Shown: piece after piece, positions 20,575-30,682 of the stretch
Position numbering within the stretch: the first letter of the stretch is position 1
How the letters are laid out: each line of letters begins with the position of its first letter
NCBI GenBank assembly: GCA_977017575.1
Contig: CDRNVI010000007.1
Coordinates: 124,001-188,000, forward strand
Direction: 5' to 3'
Origin: Paramoeba atlantica
Lineage: Eukaryota; Protista; Discosea
Length of the DNA stretch: 64,000 nt
Notes under the pieces: model-generated
What the model was told of the DNA's origin: nothing
The model's input: the letters and a program-made list of their open reading frames with translations, nothing else
The model's database searches: none
Program-made: the position numbers and the translations under genes

Positions 20575-22200
20575 ATGTTGGAGCACCTCTTGGAGTTTCC
20601 TTATAATGAAGATCGCTTTATTATCCATGTCGATCTTGATTGCTTCTACTGTCAAGTGGAGCAGCTACGGCTTCAGATACCCCATGATGTCCCTTGCGTA
20701 GTTCAACAATGGGGCAGTCTCATAGCTGTGAACTACGCTGCAAGGGCTCGTGGCGTGACACGATTTATGCATCTCTCGGAAGCTTTGAGAGTATGTCCCG
20801 ATGTACGGGCCGTTCACACGGCGACCTACGCTCTCGGAAGTGTGAATTATGAATACCACTCGAACCCGTCAAAATCTACCCACAAAGTAAGCTTGGAACC
20901 TTATCGCCAAGCCTCGCGGCGGATACATAGTCTGATTCAGCGTGTGGCGGGATCTCTGTGTATTTACGAAAGGGCTGGTATTGATGAAGCTTATATAGAC
21001 GTCACTCGAGAAGTTTACTTGCGATTGCGAGAGGATGGGAACAATTATGTACCGGACATCTCCCAATGGCTTACTGGATTCGGTACTGTTTTACGCAATT
21101 CAGCTGCGGACGACACACACAATATCAAACATTTTTACCTTGCGGCAGAAGTCGCGCACGAAATCCGACAAGCTGTCTTTCAGGAATTGAAATATCGTCT
21201 TAGTGCTGGAATTGCATCCACGAAGCCTCTCGCAAAATATGCCTCTTCAAAGTACAAGCCCAACCAACAAGCTGTTCTGCTGGACTCCGGAGTTTCTGAT
21301 TTTATGAAAGACATTGAAGTACGTAAGCTAAGGGGCTATGGCGGCGATTTCGGTAAAAAAGTCACATCTTTACTTGGTGTGCGGACGGCATCTGAACTGT
21401 GGGAACATGATTTTGATGCGGTTCACTTGTATTTTGATCTCTCTACCACAGACTGTATATTGCGCTCGGCTCGAGGTTACTCAGATGCCTCAGTTATTCA
21501 AAGAACGCTTCCGAAAAGCATAGTTGCAGCGAAAGAGATCCCGCCAACGACAAACTTGTTACCCTGGTTGCAAATGTTGTGCGCAGAGGTGGTACATAGG
21601 GTGGAAGATCTTGTTGATCTACAAGATGACCGTAGATACCGGGTTGATCACGACATACACTTTGGTGCATGCCGTAGTACCTTTTACCCGAAGCGCATCA
21701 CATTAGTGCTACGCTGTGTCCCGGAATGCGGCAACTTGACAAGGACTAGTTCATATCCTGCGGGCGCAAACGTAAAGGATACGGATGATTCTACGGCATT
21801 AGTAGATGCCCTCTTGTCGGACCTTGTTTCACATGTTCCGAAAAGTAGTACTGAAAACCCATACTGTTTTAGCTTTGTATCGATAAACGCTCATGGATTT
21901 GAACATTACAAATACTCAGATCGGGTGAAAGAAATGCAGCGTAAATCAATTACCCGATATTTTCCGTATAGTGGTAAGAAGATCTGCAGTTCCTTTGCTG
22001 GTAGCGATGGGGTGGTGTCCACAGACTCTGAACGTATTGGTGAACATGGAAATTCCTTAGCTTCATTAAGAAAGAGAAAACTTGAAAAACTAGACACACC
22101 TCACTTAGTACGTGGCACCAATGTAGTGGACACGGATGGTACGAGTCACACAAATTCGAAAGCAACCAAAAGTAATAGCGAATGTATAATCATAGATTAG
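20575..22200 (+). CDS. POLH: Y-family DNA polymerase eta (Rad30)
   Basis: IHVDLDCFYCQVE, VQQWGSLIAVNYAAR, YRQAS, RAGIDEAYID and SAGIASTKPLAK motifs. Confidence 0.9.
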   Translation: MLEHLLEFPYNEDRFIIHVDLDCFYCQVEQLRLQIPHDVPCVVQQWGSLIAVNYAARARGVTRFMHLSEALRVCPDVRAVHTATYALGSVNYEYHSNPSKSTHKVSLEPYRQASRRIHSLIQRVAGSLCIYERAGIDEAYIDVTREVYLRLREDGNNYVPDISQWLTGFGTVLRNSAADDTHNIKHFYLAAEVAHEIRQAVFQELKYRLSAGIASTKPLAKYASSKYKPNQQAVLLDSGVSDFMKDIEVRKLRGYGGDFGKKVTSLLGVRTASELWEHDFDAVHLYFDLSTTDCILRSARGYSDASVIQRTLPKSIVAAKEIPPTTNLLPWLQMLCAEVVHRVEDLVDLQDDRRYRVDHDIHFGACRSTFYPKRITLVLRCVPECGNLTRTSSYPAGANVKDTDDSTALVDALLSDLVSHVPKSSTENPYCFSFVSINAHGFEHYKYSDRVKEMQRKSITRYFPYSGKKICSSFAGSDGVVSTDSERIGEHGNSLASLRKRKLEKLDTPHLVRGTNVVDTDGTSHTNSKATKSNSECIIID

Positions 22201-22394
22201 AGACAACAGTTCAGACTTGTGTGCAAGTTGCAATTCTTTTTGTCCAGAAGAATCCGACTTCAAATTTATTTTCGTGCTGTTTTCATGATGTAAACGTAAC
22301 ACTATAAGGGCATTGCAGTACACTAACTCTTTTACTATAAATCCTTTTTATTGAGTTCATGTAGAGTATCCCGATTATCCTTGCAAATGTTCTA

Positions 22395-22913
22395 ATGATT
22401 CATATATCTCGACTTACACGTGCTTGGCATTACATACACCCTAAATCAGGAAAGCCCGTTAAGCAACCCAGACAACACGGCGACCCTAGGTATATCAATA
22501 ATGAAGCTGCCATGATTCGCGGCATATGGGGTCTCATAACAACAGATTTTGGGTGTATTACAATGTCTCAAATGGAAGAGGCACGATTGGCAATTCTCCA
22601 GCGTTTGCCCTCGTCCGGGTTCTTTCAGCTCCACATGCACTCTGACCGGGAAGAAATACCGATAGGGTACAAGCCAACCGAGGCAAGAATGGGGAAAGGG
22701 AAGACAGCTATTCATCATTACGTATTTAAAGTCACCACGGGTGTGCCACTCTTTGAGATTGTTCTACATCCCGATCGAACAGATCCCACGAGAAGGATAA
22801 TGATGTCTCGAGCTGAAGCTGAGGTTATTTTTCTGAAGGGGAGAGTCTGTCTCCCGATAGAAACCATTGTAGTTCCTCAGGGCAGAGTAGATGAATATCG
22901 CATCTTTAAATAG
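22395..22913 (+). CDS. Mitochondrial ribosomal protein uL16m
   Basis: MEEARLAI...KPTEARMGKGK...GVPLFEI matches the L16 signature. Confidence 0.82.
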   Translation: MIHISRLTRAWHYIHPKSGKPVKQPRQHGDPRYINNEAAMIRGIWGLITTDFGCITMSQMEEARLAILQRLPSSGFFQLHMHSDREEIPIGYKPTEARMGKGKTAIHHYVFKVTTGVPLFEIVLHPDRTDPTRRIMMSRAEAEVIFLKGRVCLPIETIVVPQGRVDEYRIFK

Positions 22914-23098
22914 CCGGTGAACAGAGATAAGAAAATGCGTTGGTGATTTAAAGATTCACTGTAATTATTTTACCATAATTTTCAACAGAAAACACGAGCA
23001 TAATGAAAATCGGTGATTTGTTTACATTAATCTACATTTCTTAGTTTTTACGTGGGCATTTTTGTTTGCCCTTGCTTCAATAAATTAAATAGTAAGAC

Positions 23099-24493
23099 AT
23101 GTCCGCGGTTCATCTTCCGAATGGTTCTCAGCCCATAGAGGACAAGCACACCTGTTACCACCCGCTTAGGGCAGTTAAAAAGGCCACATTGCTTGAGATT
23201 CGTAGAGCACATCCCGAACGACCTCGACCTCCGCCTTCTCCCCGACATCGCGCAACGAGGGCTCTCATGATTGCGCTCTGCCTTTGCTTTGGATTTATGA
23301 TTCTTGAGTTCTTCGGAGGAATTTATGGTCATAGTCTTGCCTTGCTTACAGACGCTGCTCATCTACTCACGGATGTGGGAGCATTGTCGGTTGCACTCCT
23401 ATCCGTTCGTCTGGCTTCTCGAAAGAGCACATCGAAATACACCTACGGGTGGCACAGGGCTGAAGTTGTGGGAGCCTTAATATCAGTTCTCACAATATGG
23501 GCTTTAGTTGCGCTTATTCTAATAGAGAGTGCACAAAGAATGTATCGATTTGGCAAGTGCCGGCGCAGCATAGGAAGAAAACTGTCTTTTGCTACCGATC
23601 TTAACGACACATACTTTTGGAATCCCTTTCAAGAATCTACTCCCGAATCCCATCAAGAGGTTTCTTACTCGAAAGATTATTGTACGGAAGTCGACGCTCG
23701 TATGATGACCATATTAGGCATAGTGGGTCTCCTTGTAAATATTTCCGTCGCTTTGATTCTTCACTTTGCTTCTCGTGAAAGGAAAACATCATGCACATCA
23801 AGTCTCGTGCCGTATTCGGAGGACTTTAATACTCTTTCAGAGCCGCAAGTCGAAGCTTCCGTTGGAAGCTCTAGTCCCCAACAGGGGGAAGCTCAACTCA
23901 ATGATGAGAGTAATTCAAAATCAAGCGCCACAAAGGAGATTTTCGCACAGGAGCCACTGTTAAATTCGCAACCTGCACACGTAAATTTAAATATCCGAGG
24001 CGCCTTTTTGCACGCCTTGGGTGACTGTCTGCAGTCCATTGGGGTTATTCTCGCTGGGATGTCGATATGGATAGGGGGAATTGGTCCGTGCTCAAAATAC
24101 AACATTGCTGATCCATTATCTTCATTAGTGTTTGCTGCCGCCACATTGTACTCTACAAAGAATTTATTTCGAGACCTCTGGGGTATATTACTCGAGTCGT
24201 GTCCCCCATCAGTGTCTTATGCTGATGTCTATGATGATTTACTCAATCTTCCTCATGTGAGACAAGTCGACGACATGCACTTATGGTCACTCAGCAATGA
24301 GCATAAATGTGCAACGGTCCGGTTAATTATTGACAGCCAGGCGGGAGAGGGTCGAGGGAGATATTCTCGAGCCGTACAAGATGCGAAGCAAATTTTTATC
24401 TCGTACGGTATAACACATAGCACTGTTGAAATAATGTTGGTCGATTTTATTGCTGATCCCGCAGTGAACTATGGCACAGAGTTGTTAACTTGA
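23099..24493 (+). CDS. Cation diffusion facilitator (ZnT/SLC30) zinc transporter
   Basis: HSLALLTDAAHLLTD, TYGWHRAEVVGAL, NIRGAFLHALGD and DMHLWSL motifs. Confidence 0.94.
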   Translation: MSAVHLPNGSQPIEDKHTCYHPLRAVKKATLLEIRRAHPERPRPPPSPRHRATRALMIALCLCFGFMILEFFGGIYGHSLALLTDAAHLLTDVGALSVALLSVRLASRKSTSKYTYGWHRAEVVGALISVLTIWALVALILIESAQRMYRFGKCRRSIGRKLSFATDLNDTYFWNPFQESTPESHQEVSYSKDYCTEVDARMMTILGIVGLLVNISVALILHFASRERKTSCTSSLVPYSEDFNTLSEPQVEASVGSSSPQQGEAQLNDESNSKSSATKEIFAQEPLLNSQPAHVNLNIRGAFLHALGDCLQSIGVILAGMSIWIGGIGPCSKYNIADPLSSLVFAAATLYSTKNLFRDLWGILLESCPPSVSYADVYDDLLNLPHVRQVDDMHLWSLSNEHKCATVRLIIDSQAGEGRGRYSRAVQDAKQIFISYGITHSTVEIMLVDFIADPAVNYGTELLT

Positions 24494-24935
24494 TGTTGGG
24501 GAAAGGCTTTGAGCACATTATCCAACCCTTCTGTATTATTTATACAAGACATATTATTGACACAACAATACATGTTTATGTATTGTGAGAGTAAGCAACC
24601 AAGGAAACGTTGCCCCTTTTTCCCCTGCGTTACTATGATTTTTTCCTTCGGGTGAGTCGTCATACATGTACTGGATACACTGTATCGTACAGTGCACGTA
24701 CAGTATGTAAACAGTATACGTATGAATATGTCTATGAGTATACTGAATACTCTTGTTTTTTCCGGTTTCAAGCAAAAAATAATATAGACGTGTTCTGAAA
24801 ATTAGCATTCAAAAAGTGTTTACATCTCAAATAATTTACAAGTTACGTTCTCGATTTCCAGACTTTAGCATAACTATCACAGGGTGTTTACGTTGTTGAT
24901 TTTCAATGTAATTAGGGTTTTTTAGCACATCTTAA

Positions 24936-25859
24936 ATGAGAAAGGGTTCTGGCGGAATTCTCTGTTCCATTCATCCAAGAAATGAAGGCTTGGCGAGAAA
25001 AGAATGTGAACAGATCGTGGAAGAATGCCTTAATTCTGTTTCACATGCCTCTAGTTCTGATCAAATAGTGCCCAGCAGTTCAGCATCGCTTTTGGAATCT
25101 TTTCTCAATGAACTTATAGAATTACAAGATATCCAAAGGCGCAAAAGTGAAAAACACGTGAGAAAGGCGAGACGCATTGTAGCTCCGAGTGTGCGGGGCT
25201 ATCTTTTTGCACGAATAGAAACCCGTCCTCCAGGCAGAGACGATATGAATGATGAAAAATTGGAAACGATGGGAATGATAAAAACTTCGAATGATGACAC
25301 TCAAGGCATCACAAGTGATACATCCAGCACCAATGGCTTTCCTTTTGGATTATCAGCGCCTTTTGCAGTCTGGACCTGGATTCGCAAAAGGAAATTACAT
25401 CCTCGCAATGTATACCATATTTATCCTGTGACCCACATTTGTCGCTCCAAAGTGAGCGAAATTCTACATACGAGCTATAGTGTCATAAGTGAGGCGCTCG
25501 CCATGATCCATTGGCTAGAAAAAACACTGCCTCCTCATGCTTCTTCGGATTTACCACCGCTTTACGTTACTGTAGATATTAAGGTTCGATCACATACTAG
25601 GCTTTCTGCTGAATGTAGTAATCTTAAATGTGCTCTCCTGAACCACTGTTGGGAAATTTCTAACCGCTTCATTTACGAAGACCGGCATAGCAGTAAAAAA
25701 GGGGAAGAGAGTGTCATTAATATGAAACGAAATGCTCCACAGTCGGTATTATTTTTTATTTTCGTGCTTCATCAAGAGGCTTATCTGGGATATTGCTTAG
25801 ACTACAATCTCCTCGGACAATACAATTTACATTTTGATGTCGAAGGAAAGCTTGGGTAA
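24936..25859 (+). CDS. Probable THUMP-domain tRNA modification adaptor (Tan1/THUMPD1-like)
   Basis: N-terminal GILCSI..RNEGLARKEC and C-terminal FIFVL..AYLG..LDY..LGQYNL resemble the Tan1 termini (judged by eye). Confidence 0.5.
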   Translation: MRKGSGGILCSIHPRNEGLARKECEQIVEECLNSVSHASSSDQIVPSSSASLLESFLNELIELQDIQRRKSEKHVRKARRIVAPSVRGYLFARIETRPPGRDDMNDEKLETMGMIKTSNDDTQGITSDTSSTNGFPFGLSAPFAVWTWIRKRKLHPRNVYHIYPVTHICRSKVSEILHTSYSVISEALAMIHWLEKTLPPHASSDLPPLYVTVDIKVRSHTRLSAECSNLKCALLNHCWEISNRFIYEDRHSSKKGEESVINMKRNAPQSVLFFIFVLHQEAYLGYCLDYNLLGQYNLHFDVEGKLG

Positions 25860-26024
25860 AAATTCGCGGTACATTACACTTACATCACTATAGATTTTGA
25901 TACTAAAGTGTCGGGCATGTGTATTGAAGTTTAAGGTTTAACAATTACACTTGTATTTCTAATCGTAACATTCTTCTCGTCCGCAGAACTTTTCACGTTT
26001 TTACTCCACGGTATTTAAGATATC

Positions 26025-27188
26025 ATGATTTCAAATGGACGCTCTAGAATACCTGTTTTCTGCATAATAGCGTTTATTGCTTCGAACATTTTGGGGGTGC
26101 ACAGCTGGCCCTTTGCTCCGCAGAATCAGGAAGAAATTACGGATCCGGATTATTACGGAGTTCTAGAACTGAATGCAGGAGAAGATAGCTCAGTCAAAGA
26201 CATTAAAAGGCAGTTTCGATTGTTAAGCAAGAAATACCACCCCGACCATAATACTACCGATGAGGCGCGTGATAGGTACACAAAAATTCAAAGAGCTCAT
26301 GAGATTCTTTCCAACCGAAAAAAAAGAAAAGTGTACGATATGAAGGGCGAAGCTGGTATTAAAATGTTTGAAACACAAGAAAAGGCCGGGGGTACTCCTG
26401 GACATGATCTATTGACAAAACTTTTTGGGGGGAACGTTGATGCAACACATGGGCCTCATTTGCAACTTGCCGCAATGGTTAATCTCACAGATATTTACAA
26501 TGGCGCCAATCACGAGGTGGTGATCAGAAAGCAAAAAGTGTGTAAGGAATGTAAAGGTACGGGTGCTGAAACTCCGGATGATCTTAAGGCCTGCGTTACG
26601 TGTCAGGGACAGGGTATTGTGCTCCAAAGAGTAAGTCTTGGACCTGGTATGGTACAACAAGTTCAGAGCCAGTGTCCATCTTGCCACGGAATGGGTAAAA
26701 GTATTGTGCGAAAATGTCCTCGTTGCAAAGGCAAGAAAACGTACAAAACGAATTTCACGCTCGAATTTGAAATTGAGAAAGGCATTCCGGACGGATATAA
26801 AATCGTTTTTGACCTCGAAGCAGATGAGAGTCCTGACACGCTTCCGGGCGATATTATATTGCGAATCATCAACGCAGAGCATCCAGTATTTACGCGACAC
26901 AAATCTAAGCCAGAAGATCTGGTCGCGATGCAAACTCTTTCTTTATTCGAGAGCTTAACTGGTTTTCAGCGAATTCTACCACATTTAGACGGTCACGAAA
27001 TACACATATTCAGGGACGCATCAAAAATAACGGCACACAATGAAACCATTACCATGAAAGGGGAGGGTTTGCCCCTTCAAAATGTACCCAGTGAAATGGG
27101 TGATTTGCAAGTTCGATTCAACGTACAATGGCCCCAAACATCCTTTTCTGCGGAACAGAAAGAAACTCTACGGAGGCTCCTAAAGTAA
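26025..27188 (+). CDS. Type I DnaJ/Hsp40 with signal peptide (ER Scj1-like)
   Basis: Hydrophobic leader, J domain with HPD, four CxxCxGxG repeats and a DnaJ C-terminal domain. Confidence 0.93.
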   Translation: MISNGRSRIPVFCIIAFIASNILGVHSWPFAPQNQEEITDPDYYGVLELNAGEDSSVKDIKRQFRLLSKKYHPDHNTTDEARDRYTKIQRAHEILSNRKKRKVYDMKGEAGIKMFETQEKAGGTPGHDLLTKLFGGNVDATHGPHLQLAAMVNLTDIYNGANHEVVIRKQKVCKECKGTGAETPDDLKACVTCQGQGIVLQRVSLGPGMVQQVQSQCPSCHGMGKSIVRKCPRCKGKKTYKTNFTLEFEIEKGIPDGYKIVFDLEADESPDTLPGDIILRIINAEHPVFTRHKSKPEDLVAMQTLSLFESLTGFQRILPHLDGHEIHIFRDASKITAHNETITMKGEGLPLQNVPSEMGDLQVRFNVQWPQTSFSAEQKETLRRLLK

Positions 27189-27470
27189 AAGCCTCTGAGT
27201 GCAGCGCCATACGTGTTGGGTGAGCTTATCCGTGTTGGATTGTTTCTCTACGCAAAACAATGAGGTGGTCTGGTAGTGGCAGAAGGTAAATTTTAAATTT
27301 AGTTTGCTATTTTCCATATTCTATGTAATGGGAATAAATCTTTTATGGGAAGAAACAAAGGTTGTACCAAATATTTAATCTATTTTAAGACCTGGCTATA
27401 TTTACACAAACATTTTACACCCATTTTCCTATCCCGTGTTTTGCCGCACGGAGAGCAACAATAGTTCAGT

Positions 27471-28604
27471 ATGCGAAAAGAAAGAAGAAAACCTACGGGA
27501 CTGACACTAGCGGAGGGTATGTGCCCTACTGAGGCAGAATCTCACCTCGGACTACGGATTACGGACACCCTTACACTTCAGATCGATCTCCCGCTAGCTA
27601 GAGAAGGAAATGGGGAGGATAGTCCCACACCTCATACCCAAGTGCGCGTAAAGCGGGATGGCGTAAAAAGAGATACCGAAAGCGCCACACAAAAGATACG
27701 ATTCGAGGATTTGAAAATTGGCCAAGTTATCGGAGAAGGATCACAAGCGAAAGTCCGCAAAGTACTTCACCCCGCAAGTGGCACCATATACGCCCTCAAA
27801 CAACTAACCTTCAGCGATGACCGCGACGCCATGCGCAAAGTCCTCCAAACCGAACTCCGCAGTGTCGTCCTCATGCCCCCCCACCCCCACCTCGTGAAAT
27901 CCTTCGAGGCCTTCTTCCGCAACGGGGTCCTCATGATCCTCCTCGAGCACATGCCCTACGGCACCCTCTGTGACATCTACCACCACACCACCACCATCCC
28001 CGAACCCCCGCTCTCCGTCATCGCCGCCCACCTCCTCTCCGGTCTCGTCTTCCTGCGCCACCAAAAAGTCGTCCACCGGGACATCAAACCCACCAACCTG
28101 CTCGTCTCCCCCACCGGGGTCACCAAGATCTCCGACTTCGGGGTCAGTGCCTACGTGCAGCCCAGCCGGCTCGACCTTACCCTGGCCCCCGTGGGGTCGA
28201 CCCCGTACATGTCCCCCGAGCGGGCCCGCGGGGACCCGTACTCGTACCCCAGCGACGTGTGGAGCGCGGGGGTGACCATCGCGGAGTGCGCCCTCGGGGC
28301 CTACCCCTTCGGCGCCCCCCTCAAGGCGATGGCCTTTGAGCTCAGCGCGGCGATCGCGGAGGCCCGGGTGGTGGTGGGGTGGGGGGAGACGGGGCCCTCG
28401 GAGGCGCTGCGGTCGTTCGTGGGGCTGTGCCTGACGCCGGACCCCCGGGAGAGGCCCTCGGCGGAGACACTGCTGTCGCACCCGTTTGTGGTGGCGGGGA
28501 GGGGGGAGGAGGGGAGGGTGGAGGCGTGGTTGAGGGGGGTGTATGGGAGGGGGCAGGGGAGAGAGAGAGAGGGTAAGGTGTCGCAATGTTGTGAGCGGGG
28601 ATGA
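27471..28604 (+). CDS. MAP kinase kinase (STE7 family)
   Basis: IGEGSQAKV, YALK, HRDIKPTN, ISDFG, VGSTPYMSPER and SDVWSAG motifs. Confidence 0.92.
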   Translation: MRKERRKPTGLTLAEGMCPTEAESHLGLRITDTLTLQIDLPLAREGNGEDSPTPHTQVRVKRDGVKRDTESATQKIRFEDLKIGQVIGEGSQAKVRKVLHPASGTIYALKQLTFSDDRDAMRKVLQTELRSVVLMPPHPHLVKSFEAFFRNGVLMILLEHMPYGTLCDIYHHTTTIPEPPLSVIAAHLLSGLVFLRHQKVVHRDIKPTNLLVSPTGVTKISDFGVSAYVQPSRLDLTLAPVGSTPYMSPERARGDPYSYPSDVWSAGVTIAECALGAYPFGAPLKAMAFELSAAIAEARVVVGWGETGPSEALRSFVGLCLTPDPRERPSAETLLSHPFVVAGRGEEGRVEAWLRGVYGRGQGREREGKVSQCCERG

Positions 28605-28983
28605 AGGGTTGGGATGAGGGTGGGGGAGAGGGGAGAAGTTGCGGCCGTAGGTCAGGGTTGGGGCAACAACCTGGCGTTGTGGTGTTGTACGAAAACCGTA
28701 GCGGAACAATCAAGAAGCGGAACACGCTGTTCGTGCTTGTGGTCGGGTAGGAGAAATCGCTACATTGGTGTCGACCTAAATGCTGAAATTCCTCCGCAGT
28801 GGGCTTATGTTTTGTTTGGGCCTCATCGGGGGATGCCTCGCTTCGGAAAAACCATAAAGGAGATTTTCCAAGTTCACAATTAGTGCCTTGTGCAGTTGTT
28901 GCGTTATTAACATGAAGTATTAAAATTCTCTGCGAAAAAATTAGTCTTTTTTTCAAGAAACAGTGCTCATAAACGGACATGTA

Positions 28984-29749
28984 CACTATCGTTCAGCTAT
29001 AAGTCCCCCCCTTTATTTTTGGGTCGCGCGTCCGTTTGACCTAATTCCAGCGGCAAACGAGAGATCTCGATCTCTAGCCTATCTTTGCCGGTCTTCGTTT
29101 TTTGTAAGAACTTAATATACGCTTTTGGCACTCAAAATACTGGTCAAAAATGGCACTTTCCAATGTACAGTCAAATTTTCCCTTTTTTTTCTCATTGACA
29201 CTACCCGTTTTATACCCATGGTGAGGAACCACAGGTCGAGTTACCTCAACTCGGAGCGTACGACGCTCGCAATGGGCATTTCGTTTGTTATTGAACGAAA
29301 ATGCGGTGCTTCCACCACTTCCATCTCTAAAAAATATAAAGTTGATAAAACAAAATGGTACGAAAATGGGTAAAAATGTACAATGAGAAAAAAATGTGTT
29401 CAGAGTACTTAAAACATACACCTTCTTGTATGAACAAGGTGTTGGAGAGCGGGGGTTGGAATATCGGATATTAAGCTTGTCTTTGTGTAATCTTCTTTTC
29501 CTGCGGTGAGTGTATTTATGGGGTTTTACCCGGCAAATATATCAAAAAATGGAACATTTTTGTAAAAAAATCATTTGTTCGGCTCATTTTTTTCAAAAAA
29601 TAATTCGATCCTAATGAGTCGAGAAAAACCAGTTTAAACGTCGGGAAACGCACTTATGTAAAATTCTCTACACGTTCAAAAAAAAGATGATAAAAAACAG
29701 ACCTGTTTTTCAAAATTCGAGGGGGGGGACTTATAGCTGATTGTTAGTG
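28984..29749. mobile_element. TA-flanked MITE (Tc1/mariner-type ends)
   Basis: TA|CACTATCGTTCAGCTATAAGTCCCCCCC ... GGGGGGGACTTATAGCTGATTGTTAGTG|TA; no credible ORF inside. Confidence 0.82.
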
Positions 29750-29842
29750 TATACGCGGCATACTCACTTTAATTGTATTACTTTTGCTTCTTACTTTAAT
29801 TGTATTACTTTTGCGAGATAATCAGTATTATCTAAAGGAATA

Positions 29843-30061
29843 ATGACATCTTCCAGCTTCTTCCAGCGTGCATTCAAAAGCATTCAACTTACAGCAAGTC
29901 ATCCCTACCGTGGTCAGCTGGTGACGCTCAGCTTTCTGACTCTTAGTGTCGTTACTATATGGGTACATCGAGACCAGCATGATAAATCATGGAAGCACCT
30001 TCAGCGAGAGGTTACTTCGACAAGAGGCAAGGATGCATCGGTATGGAAAAATGGCTTCTGA
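29843..30061 (+). CDS. Small single-TM hypothetical protein
   Basis: 72-aa ATG ORF with one hydrophobic segment; weak resemblance to Pet117-type assembly factors (unverified). Confidence 0.35.
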   Translation: MTSSSFFQRAFKSIQLTASHPYRGQLVTLSFLTLSVVTIWVHRDQHDKSWKHLQREVTSTRGKDASVWKNGF

Positions 30062-30682
30062 CGGAATTGAGCTCGTTGGCCCGAACTGCCAACTAAGTTT
30101 GATGGCGCATGGTATAAATCAGTTGAGGTTTTCCTATGAAGTTGGATATAAGTCGTAAATAATTTTTCAATACTTTACCTCGAGATGCCTCCATCTTACT
30201 GCATCCACGTGCCCCCCATCTTGGTGTACCAGTGAACTATGATTTCAACGCGGCTCTTAAAAACGTAGTAATTGTTCGTGCTCTTTCCCTGTCGTCAATG
30301 TAGAAGGCAGGGGGAGGCACAGATTGCAAAGGGGGTGTCAGAGGGTCTTTATTAATGGGGGTCACAGTGTACAGTGGTTCTCTAGTCAAGGGGGTTAAAC
30401 GGGAGTTCACAGCCCTACTAGTTTAATTTACTAACTAAAGTACGTTTCGCTAGAGAGAAATGATTTTTGCTGCGAATTCGAGCAAATTAAAATTGTCGAA
30501 AATTTTACTCAAGTGGTAATGAGCTTACATATTATTCTTCAACTTCGTAATTTCTTCGACTCGTAATAAGCCTATCTTCTTCTTATTTTATGGTAAAGTG
30601 ATATGTGCAGAGCCAAAAAGAATTAAATTCACTAAATGATTTACAATATATTGAAAATGTGAATTGCGAACCTATTCATTCA

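Noticed and set aside
30340-30400. TIR-like fragments (GGGGGGTCACAG and TACAGTGGTTCTC)
   Set aside because: Only 11-12 bp of similarity and no partner ends; likely TE debris but unsupported
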